From positions 1 through 39,083 of IMG/VR virus record IMGVR_UViG_3300003319_000229: a DNA stretch of 39,083 nucleotides; one strand, written 5' to 3'. The DNA comes from a virus. The notes below the pieces were generated by a model. The model was given only the letters and a program-made list of their open reading frames with translations, was not told the origin of the DNA and made no database searches. A program made the translations under genes and the position numbers. Within the stretch, counting starts at the first letter, position 1. The number at the start of each line of letters is the position of its first letter. Below are positions 7,453 to 14,337 of this stretch, in pieces.

Positions 7453-7851
7453 ATGAAAAATAAACTACGTGATTTTGCTCGTGATTGCGTTAAGCACTAT
7501 GCTGAATTTGATGATGGTCAATATGATTTAGATGTAGATGTTCTTCCAGATTTTGTCTTAGAAGAATTTGCATCTCTCATCATGTCTGATCCTTCATATG
7601 CTTCTGAAGCAACCGGCACAGATAATGCTTTCTACAAAACCAAAATGCTTCCCGCGCTTTTAAAACTTTTAAAAAATTCGAATGATCAAGATGAAAAAAT
7701 CGAATTTATTAATGCGTGGCGCGAGGGATGTCGAGAATACAACAAAACTTATCTTGCAGACTTAATCAAAGACGCATTGATTTATTACAACGCTGATCAA
7801 ACTTGTGCTCCTGTTAACGACTATCAATTTACCTACCAGCTCGGCGCTTGA
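7453..7851 (+). CDS. hypothetical acidic protein (132 aa)
   Basis: ORF with GGAG upstream. No motif recognised. Confidence 0.55.
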   Translation: MKNKLRDFARDCVKHYAEFDDGQYDLDVDVLPDFVLEEFASLIMSDPSYASEATGTDNAFYKTKMLPALLKLLKNSNDQDEKIEFINAWREGCREYNKTYLADLIKDALIYYNADQTCAPVNDYQFTYQLGA

Positions 7852-7939
7852 TAAATGCTACAGAGACATTCGAAAGAGTGTCTCTTATGGATTTATTAAT
7901 CAGACCAATAGGGTCTTACTTAAACTAAAGAGGTGTTAT

Positions 7940-8800
7940 ATGTCGTTACGTGCAAAAAAACCAGAAGCAATACAGAAAAGATTAAAAGCTTTTTTCTACG
8001 GAGGCGCGAAGGTTGGAAAAACTACTGCATCTATTCAGTTTCCCAAACCATATCTTATTGATACTGAACGCGGCGCTGAAAATGATAAATATGTAAAACT
8101 ATTAGAGCAAAGTGGTGGCGTAATATTTCAGACAAATGATTTTGATGACGTGTTAAAAGAAGTAACTTCCCTCTTAACTGAAAAACATGAATATAAAACT
8201 CTTATTATCGATCCTATGACCGTTTTATATGACAATCTTTTAGAAAAATGGTCAATCAAGGTTGGAACTGATTATGGTAGACACGCTAATTATGCTGCTA
8301 AGCAAATGAAAAATCTTTACAGTCTTTTATTACGTTTGGATATGAATGTCATTATTACTAGTCATGCTAAAGCACAGTATCAAATGATTGGCAAAGAATT
8401 AACATTACTCGGCAATACTTTTGATTGTTATAAAAAAATGGACTATATGTTTGATCTTATTCTTGAAATACAAAAGAGGGGATCAAGTAGAATTGCAATG
8501 ATCAAAGGTACTAGACTTACTGGTTTTAAAGAAGATGAAACATTTGATTTTAGCTATGAAGAAATAAGCAAAAGATATGGTGTTGAATTATTAGAAAAAG
8601 ATTGCATTTCTCAAACACTGGCTAGCGAAAATCAAATAAAAGAGATGAAACATTTAGTTTCATTATTGCATATACCACCCGAAACTATTGATAAAATGTT
8701 ACAGAAGGAAGAAGCTGAAGACTGGACATATTTATCTAGTGCGTATATTCAAAAATGCATTGATCATTTTAAATCTAAAATTCAAGGAGAAGCAGCATGA
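7940..8800 (+). CDS. AAA_24 / Sak4-like RecA-fold ATPase
   Basis: Walker A FYGGAKVGKTT and Walker B-like TLIIDPMT are present. ATG at 7940 follows AAAGAGG. The track start at 7805 lies inside the preceding gene. Confidence 0.75.
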   Translation: MSLRAKKPEAIQKRLKAFFYGGAKVGKTTASIQFPKPYLIDTERGAENDKYVKLLEQSGGVIFQTNDFDDVLKEVTSLLTEKHEYKTLIIDPMTVLYDNLLEKWSIKVGTDYGRHANYAAKQMKNLYSLLLRLDMNVIITSHAKAQYQMIGKELTLLGNTFDCYKKMDYMFDLILEIQKRGSSRIAMIKGTRLTGFKEDETFDFSYEEISKRYGVELLEKDCISQTLASENQIKEMKHLVSLLHIPPETIDKMLQKEEAEDWTYLSSAYIQKCIDHFKSKIQGEAA

Positions 8801-9243
8801 GATTCACCCCTAAATCAGAATCTGAAATTCAAAGAAGCAATTTAATAGATGCAGGTGTTTATAACTTTCAAGTCATTGCTGCCAAAGATACCGTTTCAAA
8901 AAACGGAAATGAAATGATTGAACTGCAACTAAATGTTTGGGATATGAATGGCCGTGAACATTTTATTTATGACTATTTGCTTGAAGCAATGTCCTTTAAG
9001 CTTCGTCATTTTGCAGAGTCTACGGGATTATTGGGTAGATATGAAGCAGGCGAGCTTGTGGCTAATGATTGCATAGGAAAATCTGGTAATGTTGAAATTT
9101 CTATTCAAGCTGGTCGACCAAATCCAAATGGCGGAACTTATCCAGATAAAAATTCGGTAAAGGATTATATTGTTAAGTCTGAATCAGATAAGCCAATCTG
9201 TATTGATGATATTCCTTTTAATGACGATAGTATTCCGTTTTAA
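8797..9243 (+). CDS. DUF669-like protein (usual partner of Sak4-type ATPases)
   Basis: LIDAGVYNFQVIAAKDTVSKNGNEMIELQLNVWDMNGRE fits the pattern remembered for this family. It is translationally coupled (ATGA) to the ATPase gene. Confidence 0.45.
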   Translation: MRFTPKSESEIQRSNLIDAGVYNFQVIAAKDTVSKNGNEMIELQLNVWDMNGREHFIYDYLLEAMSFKLRHFAESTGLLGRYEAGELVANDCIGKSGNVEISIQAGRPNPNGGTYPDKNSVKDYIVKSESDKPICIDDIPFNDDSIPF

Positions 9244-9250
9244 AAATATT

Positions 9251-9280
9251 AAACCGCTAGTTAGCGCTAGCGGTTTTTAA
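9251..9280. terminator. bidirectional intrinsic terminator between convergent genes
   Basis: A perfect 10-bp stem aaaccgctag / ctagcggttt has a 6-nt loop, an A-run before it and a T-run after it. Confidence 0.75.
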
Positions 9281-9283
9281 ATA

Positions 9284-9583
9284 TTAATACATTTTTGCTA
9301 TAGCTCTTTTTTTTCTAGCTTCTTTTGTTTCATCAGTGATTAAAATATTATCGGCTATCTCTTTGCTCTCAAAGATAATCTCTAATTCTTTTCTTAGCTC
9401 ATCTTCTGTATTAAATTTTGCGGCTACAGAGTATCCAGTAAGCTCGATATTTAATAAGTACTTTATTCCATCCTCATCTGCATCATAATAGCATGCGCCA
9501 GCAGATACAATTTTATCTTTTTTGATTATGGCATCACCTATTTGTTCTCGTACATAAGTTGATTTCAATAAATAAAACGACAT
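9284..9583 (-). CDS. hypothetical protein (99 aa)
   Basis: Last gene of a three-gene leftward operon. Confidence 0.5.
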   Translation of the reverse strand: MSFYLLKSTYVREQIGDAIIKKDKIVSAGACYYDADEDGIKYLLNIELTGYSVAAKFNTEDELRKELEIIFESKEIADNILITDETKEARKKRAIAKMY

Positions 9584-9618
9584 TGCTTTTCTCCTTTTGT
9601 TAAAAATAAAATTAATCC

Positions 9619-9834
9619 TTAGTTATTTTTTTTATATAGACCCATATGAATTGTTTCTAAATAAAGTGTCATAAATATTCTTTCTTCTAGCTCTTGTCGT
9701 GCTTTTCTCAGCTCTGGGAAATATTTATCCATTATTCTCACAATATCTTCACAACATAACTCAAGGCGGTATTGATCTTTTTCGCTTAATTCGTCTATTT
9801 TGGGAAACTCTCTCATCAATGAGCTTTCTGTCAT
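9619..9834 (-). CDS. hypothetical protein (71 aa)
   Basis: ATG at 9834 is preceded by AAGGAGAT. The track start at 9888 overlaps the upstream gene. Confidence 0.5.
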   Translation of the reverse strand: MTESSLMREFPKIDELSEKDQYRLELCCEDIVRIMDKYFPELRKARQELEERIFMTLYLETIHMGLYKKNN

Positions 9835-9835
9835 G

Positions 9836-10261
9836 CTATCTCCTTTGTTGTTTTTTAAATGTTTGACTTTCAAAATCGCTGCTCTCATGAATAGCTTTTT
9901 GTTTTTTATTAGCAGGAAACTTCAATGAAATAATATTTTTCTTTTCTTCTTTAAGAAAAGTCTCTGCCTTGATAGGTATTATGGTTGAATTTGAATTTGT
10001 TACCCTTGGAAGTTTTTCATTTATTAATCGATAATGATTTTTAAATGTTTCATTTTCATTAATGACTTTGTTGTGTCGAGCAACTCTTTTGTTGTATTTT
10101 CTGATTTCATTTTTAAGCATTAAACAGGCTGATACGAATAGTAAGCTTGCTCCAGAAATAAGAAGGTAAAAAGCAAATTGTTCTTCAATAATCATTGGTT
10201 TCTCATATAAAGAGGAAGTCGGCCGGAATTGCACCGGCTTAGTCTCTTTAGTTTCAATCAT
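9836..10261 (-). CDS. single-pass membrane protein (141 aa)
   Basis: ATG at 10261 is preceded by GAGGGTGA. The hydrophobic segment is FAFYLLISGASLLFVSACLML. The 48 extra N-terminal codons in the track run through the GC-rich RNA-like island and are probably not coding. Confidence 0.55.
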   Translation of the reverse strand: MIETKETKPVQFRPTSSLYEKPMIIEEQFAFYLLISGASLLFVSACLMLKNEIRKYNKRVARHNKVINENETFKNHYRLINEKLPRVTNSNSTIIPIKAETFLKEEKKNIISLKFPANKKQKAIHESSDFESQTFKKQQRR

Positions 10262-10370
10262 TTCACCCTCGATTGTAGGGATGCCTAAACGTTCCCGCGA
10301 TGAGACCCCGCAGGCTAGATCGCACGTCACTGTCCGTGCCGCGACTTCCATAAAGCCTCTGTCAAAGTGT

Positions 10371-10473
10371 GGAAATCGGAAGGAATTGAACCTTCTTATG
10401 AGCACCCTACTAGCCGACGCTCATGATCTGCTAGTCGCTTTAGGGTCGCGTTTCCAAAACGCCAACGACTTCC
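10371..10473 (-). ncRNA. tRNA-like structured RNA with non-canonical, extended anticodon region
   Basis: Read on the minus strand: an 8-bp acceptor GGAAGTCG/CGATTTCC (one G.U); a D-arm GCGT-TTTGGAA-ACGC containing GG; ACCCTA...TAGGGT enclosing about 31 nt; a canonical T-arm GAAGG-TTCAATT-CCTTC. No standard anticodon arm and no encoded CCA. Confidence 0.35.
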
Positions 10474-10541
10474 ATAAGATTGCATCATACAGTAAACTTT
10501 AGGTGTTTCAAAATTATAGGACATAATTTGAAGGATAACTC

Positions 10542-10823
10542 ATGGATATTCGTTATGTTACAGATGCTGAAAAAAGAGGCTACATAGATCGTGTAAATCA
10601 AAGTTTCGAAGATATCAAGAAAACCATTATTACACTTTCGCATGATATGGAAAGTGATGATCTAAAGACACAAGCAACAGCGGTATGGATAGGTGGCCAA
10701 CTTTGTAGTTGGTATTCTGATTTTATCAAAGAAATCAGAAAACTCGATCAACTCGAAAAAACACGGAAGGATTTGGAATCTGAAATCAAAGGAGCTGTAG
10801 AACATGACACAACCATCAACTGA
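10542..10823 (+). CDS. hypothetical protein (93 aa)
   Basis: ORF with AAGGA upstream. Confidence 0.55.
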   Translation: MDIRYVTDAEKRGYIDRVNQSFEDIKKTIITLSHDMESDDLKTQATAVWIGGQLCSWYSDFIKEIRKLDQLEKTRKDLESEIKGAVEHDTTIN

Positions 10824-11100
10824 TTTAAAGACGATATCTGGCGAAATTGAGCATCCATTAGGTAAATTCTGGATTAATGAAAAAGCGTTTGTTTTTAATC
10901 CTGATATGCAGCCTCTCATTGTTGATTTTCATATTAAAGCAATTCAGGAGCAAAATGGTTCCATCTTCTATACTCAGGACAAACAAAAATGGGTAAGAGA
11001 AGATTTCGTTTATAAGAACCGCTATTCGGCTTATCGCGCATTGATTAAACAAGCTGAAAGTGAGATAATTGAGCCAATTAACACTACTCCCGTAGAGTAG
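10804..11100 (+). CDS. hypothetical protein (98 aa)
   Basis: Overlaps the upstream gene by 20 nt. Confidence 0.5.
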   Translation: MTQPSTDLKTISGEIEHPLGKFWINEKAFVFNPDMQPLIVDFHIKAIQEQNGSIFYTQDKQKWVREDFVYKNRYSAYRALIKQAESEIIEPINTTPVE

Positions 11101-11111
11101 CGAGATAAAAA

Positions 11112-11140
11112 AGCCCCGAGCTTTGAGTCTCGAGGCTTTA
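11112..11140 (+). terminator. weak terminator-like hairpin
   Basis: agccccgag / ctcgaggct form a stem with one mismatch and an 8-nt loop, followed by ttt. Confidence 0.35.
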
Positions 11141-11330
11141 GAGCTTTACTACCTACATAAACGTAATCGACTACCAATCGGATAACAGTCTATGTCCCAT
11201 CATTTTAACAACACAAATTCTCATTGCAAGCCTTTTCTTTCCGGATCATATTATGGTTTTCCGCTATTTGCGCATTGGAAGCGCGGGGTTTGCTTATTTT
11301 TTTTACTTTATTTGAAAAGGAAATTTTAAA

Positions 11331-12077
11331 ATGGAACATCATTTTGATGTTGACCTTGCTAAACAGCATGGGGTCAATGCTGCAATATTTTTAAATAATA
11401 TCGCTTTCTGGATTCAAAAGAATGTAGCCAATAAACGCCATCTCAAAGATGGTAGTTTTTGGACATACAACTCCCAGGAGGCATTCACCAAATTGTTTCC
11501 ATACTGGTCACGCCAAAACATCCGAACCATTATAAATTATTGTTTAAAAAATGATCTTATTGTCTTAGGAAATTTCAATGATAAATCTTACGACAAAACA
11601 ACATGGTATTCATTGACAGATAAATCACTTTTATTCTTTCCTCAATTGAAAGAATTGATATCGGAAACCCTTGGTTGGAATCAACCAAAGGATAGGTTGG
11701 AATCAACCAAGCCTTTGGTTAGAACTAACCAACCTATACCAGATAATAAACCAGATAATAAACCAAATAGTGCTCCTGCATCTGTGGATAACTCTGGCGA
11801 GAACACCAAAAAAAGCGGCACTCTTTGTTTATTACCTTATGATTTTTTTCCTAACGAGGCTTGTCTAAAAGCTCTAAATGAACATGCAGTTAGATGCGGT
11901 ATGACGACACATGAGCTTTTTGATAAATTTTTTAAGGTTCATCGAGACAAACATGAAACCAAGTCTAAAAATTGGCAGAAGAAATTCATTCAATTTCTCG
12001 AATCTGAGCTACCAAAGCGAAAATATGAAGACAAAACAGGAAAACAACGCCGCTACGACGATAAACCGTTATACTAG
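11331..12077 (+). CDS. replication initiator / replisome-organizer-like winged-helix protein
   Basis: The N-terminus GVNAAIFLNNIAFWIQKN...DGSFWTYNSQEAFTKLFPYWSRQNIRTIINYCLKNDLIVLGNFNDKSYDKTTWYSL fits a phage replication-protein N-domain pattern. The gene carries iterons internally, as in lambda O. Confidence 0.55.
   Translation: MEHHFDVDLAKQHGVNAAIFLNNIAFWIQKNVANKRHLKDGSFWTYNSQEAFTKLFPYWSRQNIRTIINYCLKNDLIVLGNFNDKSYDKTTWYSLTDKSLLFFPQLKELISETLGWNQPKDRLESTKPLVRTNQPIPDNKPDNKPNSAPASVDNSGENTKKSGTLCLLPYDFFPNEACLKALNEHAVRCGMTTHELFDKFFKVHRDKHETKSKNWQKKFIQFLESELPKRKYEDKTGKQRRYDDKPLY
11671..11762. promoter_or_regulatory. candidate origin: three palindromic iterons plus AT-rich 12-bp tandem repeat
   Basis: The iterons are ttggttggaatcaaccaa (11671-11688), ggttggaatcaaccaa (11695-11710) and ttggttagaactaaccaa (11715-11732), with centres about 22 bp apart. 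They are followed by ccagataataaa x2 (11739-11762). Confidence 0.6.
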
Positions 12078-12091
12078 GGGGAGACAAAGCC

Positions 12092-12364
12092 ATGTCATGG
12101 ATGTCACGGCTAAAGAGCTTTAAAGCTTATTGCGAGCAAAATGGATATGAGTTACTGGCGGACGATTACAAATTTTTGTACGACGGAATGTTCAGCCTTC
12201 CTAAAAATGATTCTAGGCGCGTTCTGGGGCGTTATCTTGCGGAGTGGTGCTCTGGTATGGGGAGAGCGAAAAAACCGTCTGAGCGCCAAGGATTTGGCCG
12301 TAGAGCTGCGAATACGTGGTACCGAGAATACCTTGACCACTATAAAGATCGAAATGCTGGTTAA
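12092..12364 (+). CDS. hypothetical protein (90 aa) downstream of initiator
   Basis: Strong GGGGGAG upstream. No motif recognised. Confidence 0.55.
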   Translation: MSWMSRLKSFKAYCEQNGYELLADDYKFLYDGMFSLPKNDSRRVLGRYLAEWCSGMGRAKKPSERQGFGRRAANTWYREYLDHYKDRNAG

Positions 12365-12396
12365 AAAAGAAGCGCCATTGAGTAATGACGCCTCTT
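12363..12396 (-). terminator. intrinsic terminator of the leftward accessory operon
   Basis: On the minus strand, the stem aagaggcg/cgcttctt (one mismatch) is followed by TTTTTT. Confidence 0.55.
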
Positions 12397-12402
12397 CTCA
12401 AT

Positions 12403-12597
12403 CTATGCAGACTTACAGTAATGAGCTAGATCAGAGATCAGATCAGATTTCTGGGTGCTCTTAAAAGTCTTTTGACGTCTAAAGCGTTCTTTAATATTGA
12501 TGACAACTTCGTTATCGATGTTGTGTATATTGATTGAACATTTCTTTGTTTCAATTACCTGATTCAAGATTGGTAATAATTCTTTGATCAATTCCAT
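12403..12597 (-). CDS. hypothetical protein (64 aa)
   Basis: Last gene of the leftward operon. Overlaps the upstream gene by 10 nt. Confidence 0.45.
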   Translation of the reverse strand: MELIKELLPILNQVIETKKCSINIHNIDNEVVINIKERFRRQKTFKSTQKSDLISDLAHYCKSA

Positions 12598-12791
12598 TTG
12601 AGAACTCCTTTGGCTTCCTTGATTTTTTCATACACTATCCCGAAAAACATTTTAACTTCCATTAAGCGCTGTAAGTTTTTTTCACCCGCTCTTCGCATAC
12701 CTTCTTCTATTTCAGCACCGGTGCACGTTAAGAGCAATGTTTCTAGTAGCTCTTCGTTAGTTTTATATTCCACATCACATTTCATTTGCAT
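12588..12791 (-). CDS. hypothetical acidic protein (67 aa)
   Basis: AGGAGG upstream. Confidence 0.5.
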   Translation of the reverse strand: MQMKCDVEYKTNEELLETLLLTCTGAEIEEGMRRAGEKNLQRLMEVKMFFGIVYEKIKEAKGVLKWN

Positions 12792-12875
12792 TTGAAACCT
12801 CCTATTTTTAAAACGATTGAAACATCATAAGTTTGAAATGTTGCTACTACTCCCGTCGTTTTGTGCCTGAAGATT

Positions 12876-13106
12876 CTATAAAGTTTTTGGGATAAATATT
12901 ATTGATTGATGTCTTATTTCTTGTTCATTTCTGAGATCAATTAATACATCTCGAATTAAATACCCATTTCTGTATTCGGCTTCTTCTGTATATTCAACTG
13001 ATAATACTCTGTTGAAAGTGTCTAATTCTTCGTTATAAAAAATATTTTTCCAAGTTAGTTGATTTGTATCAATCATAGGTAATGCACTTTCTATAAATGG
13101 TTTCAT
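12876..13106 (-). CDS. hypothetical acidic protein (76 aa)
   Basis: Its ATG overlaps the stop of the RHH gene (TAATG). Confidence 0.5.
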   Translation of the reverse strand: MKPFIESALPMIDTNQLTWKNIFYNEELDTFNRVLSVEYTEEAEYRNGYLIRDVLIDLRNEQEIRHQSIIFIPKTL

Positions 13107-13261
13107 TATTTACTTTCCTTTTTTAAGTTTGAATAAAGCTCTTGTATCGCCCGCTTAATTACTTGATTTGCGTTATCGCCTAGCTCTGATTTCAGAAACT
13201 CTAGTTGTTTAAGCGTTTCTTTTGTTAGAGCTACTGTGACGCGTTTTATGGTTGTTGACAT
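13106..13261 (-). CDS. ribbon-helix-helix (CopG/Arc-like) DNA-binding protein, 51 aa (below track cutoff)
   Basis: Hand translation gives MSTTIKRVTVALTKETLKQLEFLKSELGDNANQVIKRAIQELYSNLKKESK. The beta strand KRVTVAL followed by two helices is the classic RHH layout. Confidence 0.6.
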   Translation of the reverse strand: MSTTIKRVTVALTKETLKQLEFLKSELGDNANQVIKRAIQELYSNLKKESK

Positions 13262-13272
13262 GGGGTTCCTTT

Positions 13273-13479
13273 TTATTTTTCGTTACGAATAAAATTCCAA
13301 GTATCTATGTATTGTTTCCATGTTAGAGGTGCTTTTCCTTCCTTTTGCATAGTGTCTTGATACCTTAAAAAAGCTATTGATAAATCATCAAAAGTTTTTA
13401 TTTTATTTTCCATAATTTCATTGTTTATTAATTGAACTGTTCTTTTTGCTGATTCTATTTGTGAGGACATTGAAGTCAT
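13273..13479 (-). CDS. hypothetical protein (68 aa), first gene of leftward operon
   Basis: GGAG upstream. Confidence 0.5.
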   Translation of the reverse strand: MTSMSSQIESAKRTVQLINNEIMENKIKTFDDLSIAFLRYQDTMQKEGKAPLTWKQYIDTWNFIRNEK

Positions 13480-13514
13480 TGCTATATCTCCTTAACTGTT
13501 AATTAATCACTCTT

Positions 13515-13547
13515 TATAATTACCATAGTAATACTATAGTAATTATA
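13515..13547. promoter_or_regulatory. 33-bp near-perfect palindrome (operator candidate)
   Basis: tataattaccatag - taata - ctatagtaattata, with 13 of 14 arm positions complementary. Lies 36 bp upstream of the 13479 start. Confidence 0.5.
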
Positions 13548-13580
13548 AGTCAACACTTTATTTAAAATATTTTTAAATAG

Positions 13581-13628
13581 TTTCATTACCCCACTTATCA
13601 CCCCGAATATCACCCCACTTATCACCCC
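13581..13628. repeat. 4 x 12-bp tandem direct repeat (A/G)NNTATCACCCC
   Basis: The units are tttcattacccc, acttatcacccc, gaatatcacccc, acttatcacccc, in exact 12-bp register within the divergent intergenic region. Confidence 0.85.
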
Positions 13629-13705
13629 AACATATTTTTTATTGATGCAATTTAATAGTTTTTATACGATACGCACTTTAAAAAGTTAATAAGGATTGTT
13701 TTTTT

Positions 13706-13951
13706 ATGAGAAACAGAGATTTTCAATTAATAAAAGCTTTTTGGGATGCGCCGATTCAAGAATTTTTTACAGACAAAACAGTTTCGCGCGTTGTAGGCCG
13801 TAGCAGTAAAGAGCTTCAATTTGATCGCATCAGCCAGCAAGGGATAGATTTTGTATATATGGATGGTAAAATTTTTTATAGAAAATCTCATGTTATTGCA
13901 TGGCTCAACGAGCGCTCTAATTCTCAATCAAAAAGCTTTTCTTCTGAATAA
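13706..13951 (+). CDS. AlpA/excisionase-like helix-turn-helix protein
   Basis: TDKTVSRVVGRSSKELQFDRISQQGIDFVYMDGKIFYRKSHVIAWLNE resembles the HTH_17 pattern (HTH, then a G-x-x-x-Y-x-x-x-x-V-x-x-W-L tail). Confidence 0.4.
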   Translation: MRNRDFQLIKAFWDAPIQEFFTDKTVSRVVGRSSKELQFDRISQQGIDFVYMDGKIFYRKSHVIAWLNERSNSQSKSFSSE

Positions 13952-14064
13952 ATTTTGACATTAATGCTCAAACCCGCTACGCTCTAAGTGCTATAATCCT
14001 TATTACCAGAGTTTTCCACAGAAAATGTTGATAACTCTGGCTTTTTTAGTAGGATATTTATACA

Positions 14065-14337
14065 ATGGATGAGAATTTAATACGCTGTGTACGCTGCAAA
14101 GGACGGAAAAAACTATTTAAAGTTCATGGCGCGTATTCCATGACCAACACGGGTGGCACTGAAGTGACATGCCCGATGTGTAATGGTCTCGGCAAAATGA
14201 AAACCTTGGAACACGCAAAACAAGACATTGAGGGAATGCAGGATGCAATCCGACAATCAGAGTCAAAATCCCAAGCAAGACGAAAAGCCCATCAAAAAGA
14301 AACATCCCGGCGGAAGACCGACGAAGTACACACCTGA
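14065..14337 (+). CDS. zinc-finger mini-protein (CxxCxGxK / CxxCxGxG) with basic tail
   Basis: CVRCKGRK and CPMCNGLG are present. The 3' 95 nt overlap terS in another frame. Confidence 0.45.
   Translation: MDENLIRCVRCKGRKKLFKVHGAYSMTNTGGTEVTCPMCNGLGKMKTLEHAKQDIEGMQDAIRQSESKSQARRKAHQKETSRRKTDEVHT

Noticed and set aside
7805-7939. Upstream 45 codons of the ATPase ORF as annotated by the track
   Set aside because: This stretch overlaps the end of 7453..7851. The ATG at 7940 has a proper AAAGAGG site, and the Walker A motif follows shortly after.
10262-10405. N-terminal 48 codons of track ORF 9836..10405
   Set aside because: The extension runs through the GC-rich helix-dense island and has no ribosome-binding site. 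A good GAGG-ATG start exists at 10261, just before the membrane segment.
10371-10473. Calling this a bona fide tRNA, tRNA-Sec or suppressor tRNA
   Set aside because: No 5-bp anticodon stem with a 7-nt loop can be drawn. CTA, TCA and CAT triplets in the region are not preceded by U33 in a closed loop (CUCAUAA is present but abuts the T-arm with no 3' stem strand). At 103 nt it exceeds normal tRNAs, and CCA is absent. It is kept only as tRNA-like.
12141-12464. Overlapping ORFs 12141..12464 (+), 12152..12340 (-) and 12213..12401 (-)
   Set aside because: All overlap 12092..12364, which has the strongest ribosome-binding site (GGGGGAG). The locally higher GC content reduces stop frequency and produces shadow ORFs.
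13581-13628. Possible mini-CRISPR array
   Set aside because: The repeats are 12 bp and directly abutting, with no spacers. There are no cas genes. They fit protein-binding iterons instead.
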